Shown here: piece by piece, positions 7,500-11,890 of the stretch | Layout of the letters: each line of letters starts with the position of its first letter | Position numbering within the stretch: the first letter of the stretch is position 1 | NCBI GenBank assembly: GCA_049423385.1 | Contig: JBMSQQ010000100.1 | Location: forward strand, 1-11,890 | DNA length: 11,890 bases | Reading direction: 5' to 3' | DNA from: Silvanigrellaceae bacterium | Lineage (GTDB): Bacteria > Bdellovibrionota_B > Oligoflexia > Silvanigrellales > Silvanigrellaceae | Made by a program: the position numbers and the translations under genes | Notes under the pieces: model-generated | Told to the model about the DNA's origin: nothing | Seen by the model: the letters and a program-made list of their open reading frames with translations, nothing else | The model's database searches: none

Positions 7500-7554
7500 G
7501 ACAACGTCCTTTAAGTCCCAAGCAGAGGCAAGGGAGTGACTTTGGTTCGTCGCC

Positions 7555-7582
7555 TTATCGTCTCAATTTTTTCGCTCCGTGA
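7555..7582 (-). promoter_or_regulatory. Possible sigma28 (FliA)-type promoter for the MCP gene
   Basis: Minus strand TCACG-N15-GACGATAA versus consensus TAAAG...GCCGATAA. The -10 element matches 7/8, while the -35 element is weak and the spacing is 1 nt long. Confidence 0.3.
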
Positions 7583-7601
7583 CGGTGCATTCTGGCACCA
7601 C

Positions 7602-7654
7602 GTCAAGCCTGTGACGAATCACCGCTGCAAAATTGGACACGTCAGTAAGTCGAT
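7602..7654. promoter_or_regulatory. Two FleQ-box-like sites in the divergent MCP/gspC intergenic region
   Basis: GTCAAGCCTGTGAC (7602-7615, within the palindrome CGTCA-N6-TGACG) and GTCAGTAAGTCGAT (7641-7654) resemble the Pseudomonas FleQ consensus as I recall it (GTCaNTAAAtTGAC). Confidence 0.4.
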
Positions 7655-7719
7655 GAATTCGAGCTTGCAAACCTCATGGATATGGCATGATAAGGTAACG
7701 TAACTACAGAGGGTCAAGG

Positions 7720-8751
7720 TTGATTGTGGAACAGCGCATAAGGGCTTGGACAAAAAGCTTTTTGACGTCGTTGCAACAAAAGCTCGACGTGACAAACGCG
7801 AATATTCCCCCGTTTTCAGCTTTCGCAAAGTGGTTTGCGATAGGTGCTGCCGGAGTGGTTGCGTCGGCAACAGTGAACGTTGTCGTCGCAAAATATCTTT
7901 TGTTTCCTCAAATCAAGGCGATTAAGCGTTCAACGGACGATTCCGCTTCAGGCGGCCCGGCACTTGTCACCGTCATGGAGCGGCCCAAGGCAGACGACTT
8001 CAAAGCGATTGTTCGGCGTAACCTTTTCAATTCAGATCAGGTTGAAGAAACTGTTAAAGATGCCTCGGCTTCCAAGTCTCAATGTGCGCCGATAAAGTCT
8101 GATCTCCAACTTAAATTCACCGGGGTTATCTATGGCGGAACCAAGGAGACCAGTTTGGTCTTGTTGGAATCCACCGCAACCAAGCAAGCCGATACTTTTA
8201 TTTACAACGATGTCGTCACCGGCGAAGCCAAGATAGTTGATATTCAACGCGACAAGGTGTTTTTCGTGCGGGGCGATTCTGCTTGCCTTGAATACCTTGA
8301 ACTTCAGCAGCCCGAACCAATCAAAAAACGTGTTCCGGGAGTCGCTCGTTCCCATTCTTCCGGTGGTGCCGGTTCCGCCGGTTCAGGCAATTTCGAGTTC
8401 AGCGAATCAGGTTTCACCCGGAGCAAGGATGGCAATATTACTGCCGACAGGCGCTGTGTGGATAAAGCGTTGACCTCGGACTTTGCCAAGACCCTTCAGG
8501 ATGCCAAAGCGAGTCCCAACCTTGTCAATGGAGAAGTCAAAGGATTTGTTTTGACTCGAATTCGCCCTGACAGCGTCTATGAAAAGATGGGATTTCAGGA
8601 TGGTGATGTTGTAGAAACCATCAATGGAATTGACCTCAACGATGCAGCCCGGGCGATTCAGACGCTGAATTCTCTCAAGCAGGAAAATTCGATAGAGCTT
8701 TCCGTCAAACGCAACGGTGTCACAATGCCACTCAAGATTCAGGTGAAGTGA
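7720..8751 (+). CDS. gspC: Type II secretion system protein GspC (TM + HR + PDZ), paralogue 1
   Basis: Single TM (WFAIGAAGVVASATVNVVVA), RNLFNS, an HR-like LKFTGVIYGG...IVDIQRDKVFF region and a C-terminal PDZ (GFVLTRIRPDSVYEKMGFQDGDVVETING). It lies upstream of a secretin. Start is TTG 7720 or GTG 7726. Confidence 0.88.
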   Translation: MIVEQRIRAWTKSFLTSLQQKLDVTNANIPPFSAFAKWFAIGAAGVVASATVNVVVAKYLLFPQIKAIKRSTDDSASGGPALVTVMERPKADDFKAIVRRNLFNSDQVEETVKDASASKSQCAPIKSDLQLKFTGVIYGGTKETSLVLLESTATKQADTFIYNDVVTGEAKIVDIQRDKVFFVRGDSACLEYLELQQPEPIKKRVPGVARSHSSGGAGSAGSGNFEFSESGFTRSKDGNITADRRCVDKALTSDFAKTLQDAKASPNLVNGEVKGFVLTRIRPDSVYEKMGFQDGDVVETINGIDLNDAARAIQTLNSLKQENSIELSVKRNGVTMPLKIQVK

Positions 8752-8752
8752 C

Positions 8753-9943
8753 ATGAACAATCGTTGGTATGAGCCGAAGCGAAAAAGAAGTCCCGGTGAT
8801 GTTTGGGCAGCATTCAAAAACAGCATTGCTGGTTTGATTTCGCGAGGTGGTGGCGGCTCTCGCTCGGGTCGCGGAGGCAATTCGGAGGCGTTGGAAAGAT
8901 TCAAGACAAGACTCATCAATTGGACACTGGCTTTTGGTCATTGGTTTCAACTTTCCGTTTTGCCCATTTTGCGGCGGTTCGACTGGAGACTCATCCAGGG
9001 AATTGCTGCGGTCTTGGTGGTCAGTTTTTTTCTTGCCAATTCAATCAGCACGTTGGCGGCAAATGGAATTCTTTCCATCACCCGTTCTGCTGGCAAGCAG
9101 GCCGGAAAAAAAGGTGGCAAACCTGTGGCTGAAGGTGATGGTGAAGATTCGATGATGCTCGGAAATGTGACCTTGGGTTCGCCAGCCGTCGCAAATTCAG
9201 TGGCAATAAAGAAAGAGATTCTGCAACGAAACCTGTTCAATTCTGAAGGCAAGCTGGCGCCAGAGGCCAGCAAGGATGAACCCAAGGGCATTCGAAAAGA
9301 CCTTTCAATCGATTTTGAAAATGTTCCCTGCACCACGGCAGAACTTCCTGTGCAGATCAATGGAACCATCTTTACAGGTGATCCCAAGAAGAGTTTCGTG
9401 ATTCTGAAGGATCCCAAAATACCTGATGCCGACATTTACAAACCAGGTGATGCGGTGATTGATCATGAGGATTTTGAAATCTACAAGGTGGAGCGAGGTT
9501 CCCTGGAACTGCGCAAAGGGAACAGCAAGATTTGTGTCGCAATCAGTGGCTACAAAAAAGAGGGCACCGGAGCAGACGGTTCATCTTCTGGTGGATCTGC
9601 AAAATCGGCAGGCGAGTCAAAAGAGTTCGAGTTTGACGCTGCATTCATTTCCCAAGAGATTGGACCGGGATACGCCACCATATTGAATTGTGCGAAATTG
9701 ATCCCGGAGATTGACGCATCTGGAAAAATGCAAGGTTTTAAAATGATTTCAATTGCAACGAGCTGCTTGTTCGACCGGATTCAAATTCAAAATGGAGACG
9801 TTTTGACTGAAGTGAATGGAATCAGTCTCAAGGATGCTGGACAAGGTTTCAAATTGTATCAGTCTTTGCAGGAAGAGCGAACAACGACAATAAATATTCT
9901 TAGAAATGGTGAACCTATTACACGAATTGTGCGGGTGAAGTGA
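8753..9943 (+). CDS. gspC: Type II secretion system protein GspC (TM + HR + PDZ), paralogue 2, with extended N-terminus
   Basis: TM (LIQGIAAVLVVSFFLANSI), RNLFNS, an HR-like VQINGTIFTGDP...IYKVERG region and a PDZ (GFKMISI...IQNGDVLTEVNG). It starts 1 nt after the gspC1 stop, and its stop overlaps the gspD start (TGATG). Confidence 0.88.
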   Translation: MNNRWYEPKRKRSPGDVWAAFKNSIAGLISRGGGGSRSGRGGNSEALERFKTRLINWTLAFGHWFQLSVLPILRRFDWRLIQGIAAVLVVSFFLANSISTLAANGILSITRSAGKQAGKKGGKPVAEGDGEDSMMLGNVTLGSPAVANSVAIKKEILQRNLFNSEGKLAPEASKDEPKGIRKDLSIDFENVPCTTAELPVQINGTIFTGDPKKSFVILKDPKIPDADIYKPGDAVIDHEDFEIYKVERGSLELRKGNSKICVAISGYKKEGTGADGSSSGGSAKSAGESKEFEFDAAFISQEIGPGYATILNCAKLIPEIDASGKMQGFKMISIATSCLFDRIQIQNGDVLTEVNGISLKDAGQGFKLYQSLQEERTTTINILRNGEPITRIVRVK

Positions 9944-11890
9944 TGAAAATAAAAGGCACTCATTCTCGATTGGTTGTGCGAAATGCGGTTCCGGTGGCAT
10001 TTGCATTGTTGGCTGCAATCAGCAGCGGAAACAAAGGCCTCATCGGAACCACATCTGCTGTGGCTCAGGATGCACCACCGCCTCCGCCGCCTCCACCGCC
10101 ACCGCCACCGCCACCAGAGGACAACAATATCCCGACAAGCGATGACACATTGAATCCTGAACCAAGCGGCGATTTCGACGGCGGAGGCGGGGGCGGAGGC
10201 TCTGGCAAAGCCAAGGCTCCATCTGCGCCGAAAGCTTCCATTCCTGCCAAGAAAGTTCCCAGAGGCCAGGAGTTGGTCAGCATCGACTTTCCAGAGCCAA
10301 CGCCCATCAAGGATATCATCAAAGCGGTGAGCCAATGGACCGGCAAGAATTTTATTCTTGGCCAGGGCGTATCATCCGGTGCAAAGGTTGCGATCATTTC
10401 ACCGCAACAGGTGACCAAGGAAGAAGCTTACCAGGCATTTTTGAGTGCACTGAATGTTGCGGGCTATACAACGGTGGATACGGGCAAAGCTATCAAGATT
10501 GTTCCGACCCGTCAGGCCACGGCATCAAACATCAAGACATTTTATGGGGCAAGCTGGGCTCCGATGACGGATGAAATCATCACCCAGATTATTCCGTTGA
10601 GTTATATCGACGCCCAGACCGTTTCAAACCAGCTCCGTACGATTCTTCGTGAGTCGAATCCTGTGCCTTTCCAGACGACAAACTCGCTGATTGTCTCGGA
10701 CACAGGACACAAGATTCGCCGACTCCTCGAAATCATTCGCTTGCTGGATGTGAAAGGGAATCAACCACAAGTTGCCATACTTCCCATTCGAAACACCGAT
10801 GCCAATGACATTGGCAAGAAAATCCAGGATGTGTTTGGCTCCCGAGGGGGAGGCGGAGCACTTTATTTGCAAAAGGTAATCGTTGACGAGCGCACAAACA
10901 GCCTGATTCTCATCGGCCCACCCCGAGGATTGGATGATGTTGCCCGCTTGGTTGCACGACTCGACAAGCCTCTCGAAGATTTGGGTTCACAGGCACAAAT
11001 TCACGTTCGCCCACTGGACTATGCAGACGCCGAGAAGCTGGCTGGAACTTTGCAGTCACTGGCACAAGGATCATCGTCATTGCGCGGTCGTCGTGGCGCG
11101 AATGCGGGTGCAAATGCGGGCGGCAATAATCAGCCTCCAGGCGCAACGGCTGACATCGGTGGTGTGAAAATTACAGCCGACAAGGCGACAAACTCTCTGA
11201 TTATTCAGGGCTCCAAAGCAGTCTTCAATGAAGTTGATCAGATCATCCGGCAACTCGACAAGCGTCGCGACCAGGTCTACGTTGAGACAGATATTATCGA
11301 TGTGAACCTGGGCAACCAGATGTCTTTGTCCACAAGCTTTCTTGCGGGAGCGACTGCGCTCGGTGGCAAGGCAAATGTTCCCCTGGGTTGGAAGCCTGGA
11401 GGCATGGCTCCGTTTGCAATCACAAAGCAAAATGCCAGCACCACCGAGCAACAGGATTTGTTGAGCAAGGCAATTCCTTCTCAAGCCCTGTTGGGAGTGT
11501 TGAGCAGCAAGACGGTTGAAATAGGTGGAATTAAACTCTCTCCTGGCGCGTTTATTTTTGCGCTCAAGCAAGACAGCAACTCGAACGTTCTCCAGACTCC
11601 AAGTTTGCTTGTGGCTGACAATGAGGATTCGACTTTTGAGGCAACGGAGCGGGAAAATATCCTCATCAACCAGGAAGACCCGTTGACCAAGATCCGAACG
11701 CAAAAGATTGAAACCCTGGATGCGACCCTGAGCGTCAAAATCAAGCCGCAAATTTCCAAGGCCGATTTTGTGAGCATGGACGTGGCAATCAAGGCAGAGA
11801 GTTTTGGTCGGAGAAATGCTGAAAACCGTCCCGAGCAGACCAACAAGCGTTCGTTCAGGAAGGATAAGTTGGCCGCTTGTATTCTGCTGG
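9943..11890 (+). CDS. gspD: Type II secretion system secretin GspD, partial (runs off the window; not in the ORF track)
   Basis: Manual translation from ATG 9943 stays open to the end (649 codons). It shows a signal-like N-terminus, N0 (VSIDFPEPTPIKDIIKAVSQWTGKNFIL...EEAYQAFLSAL), three N-domain repeats (TNSLIV, DERTNSLIL, DKATNSLII), then LDKRRDQVYVETDII, NVLQTPSLLVADNE and VKIKPQI of the secretin core. Confidence 0.95.
   Translation, partial: MKIKGTHSRLVVRNAVPVAFALLAAISSGNKGLIGTTSAVAQDAPPPPPPPPPPPPPPEDNNIPTSDDTLNPEPSGDFDGGGGGGGSGKAKAPSAPKASIPAKKVPRGQELVSIDFPEPTPIKDIIKAVSQWTGKNFILGQGVSSGAKVAIISPQQVTKEEAYQAFLSALNVAGYTTVDTGKAIKIVPTRQATASNIKTFYGASWAPMTDEIITQIIPLSYIDAQTVSNQLRTILRESNPVPFQTTNSLIVSDTGHKIRRLLEIIRLLDVKGNQPQVAILPIRNTDANDIGKKIQDVFGSRGGGGALYLQKVIVDERTNSLILIGPPRGLDDVARLVARLDKPLEDLGSQAQIHVRPLDYADAEKLAGTLQSLAQGSSSLRGRRGANAGANAGGNNQPPGATADIGGVKITADKATNSLIIQGSKAVFNEVDQIIRQLDKRRDQVYVETDIIDVNLGNQMSLSTSFLAGATALGGKANVPLGWKPGGMAPFAITKQNASTTEQQDLLSKAIPSQALLGVLSSKTVEIGGIKLSPGAFIFALKQDSNSNVLQTPSLLVADNEDSTFEATERENILINQEDPLTKIRTQKIETLDATLSVKIKPQISKADFVSMDVAIKAESFGRRNAENRPEQTNKRSFRKDKLAACILL
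10075..10116 (+). repeat. (CCN)14 poly-proline-encoding tract in the gspD N-terminus
   Basis: cca ccg cct ccg ccg cct cca ccg cca ccg cca ccg cca cca gives 14 consecutive Pro codons in the gspD frame. A Gly7 run follows at 10180-10200. Confidence 0.9.

Noticed and set aside
7586..7608. Possible sigma54 promoters (TGGCAC at 7593 on +; TGGTGCCAGAATGCA on -)
   Set aside because: GG-to-GC spacing is 11 and 9 nt respectively rather than the strictly required 10. TGGCAT at 7683 also lacks a -12 GC.
9859..11846. Minus-strand ORFs over the gspD region (including the poly-Gly 117-aa, WR-repeat 158-aa and 224-aa ORFs)
   Set aside because: They are antisense shadows of the open gspD frame. Their repeats are just the reverse complement of the poly-Pro and poly-Gly codons.

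Overview
Chromosomal bacterial window of moderate GC, with no mobile element, CRISPR array or rRNA visible. The style of the GspC/GspD, DsbA and MCP proteins suggests Bdellovibrionota/Oligoflexia or another former deltaproteobacterial lineage; this is inference only. Gene order: dapA (-, C-terminus apparently cut short at the left edge), Nudix hydrolase (+), tRNA-CAT (+, probably Ile2, with its own sigma70 promoter), membrane-anchored DsbA-family protein (-), receiver-less FleQ-like AAA+/HTH regulator with degenerate GAFPGA and Walker B motifs (-), and a 930-aa chemoreceptor-like protein with no sensory domain, a ~550-aa coiled-coil stalk and a CheZ-like QFQDxxxQ motif (-). A divergent type II secretion operon follows, with two tandem gspC paralogues and a gspD secretin (absent from the ORF track) that runs off the right edge. 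Best candidate for an undescribed system, which is a hypothesis: a sigma54-uncoupled FleQ-like regulator and a giant sensor-less receptor sit head-to-head with a dual-GspC T2SS, and two FleQ-box-like sites lie in the shared intergenic region.
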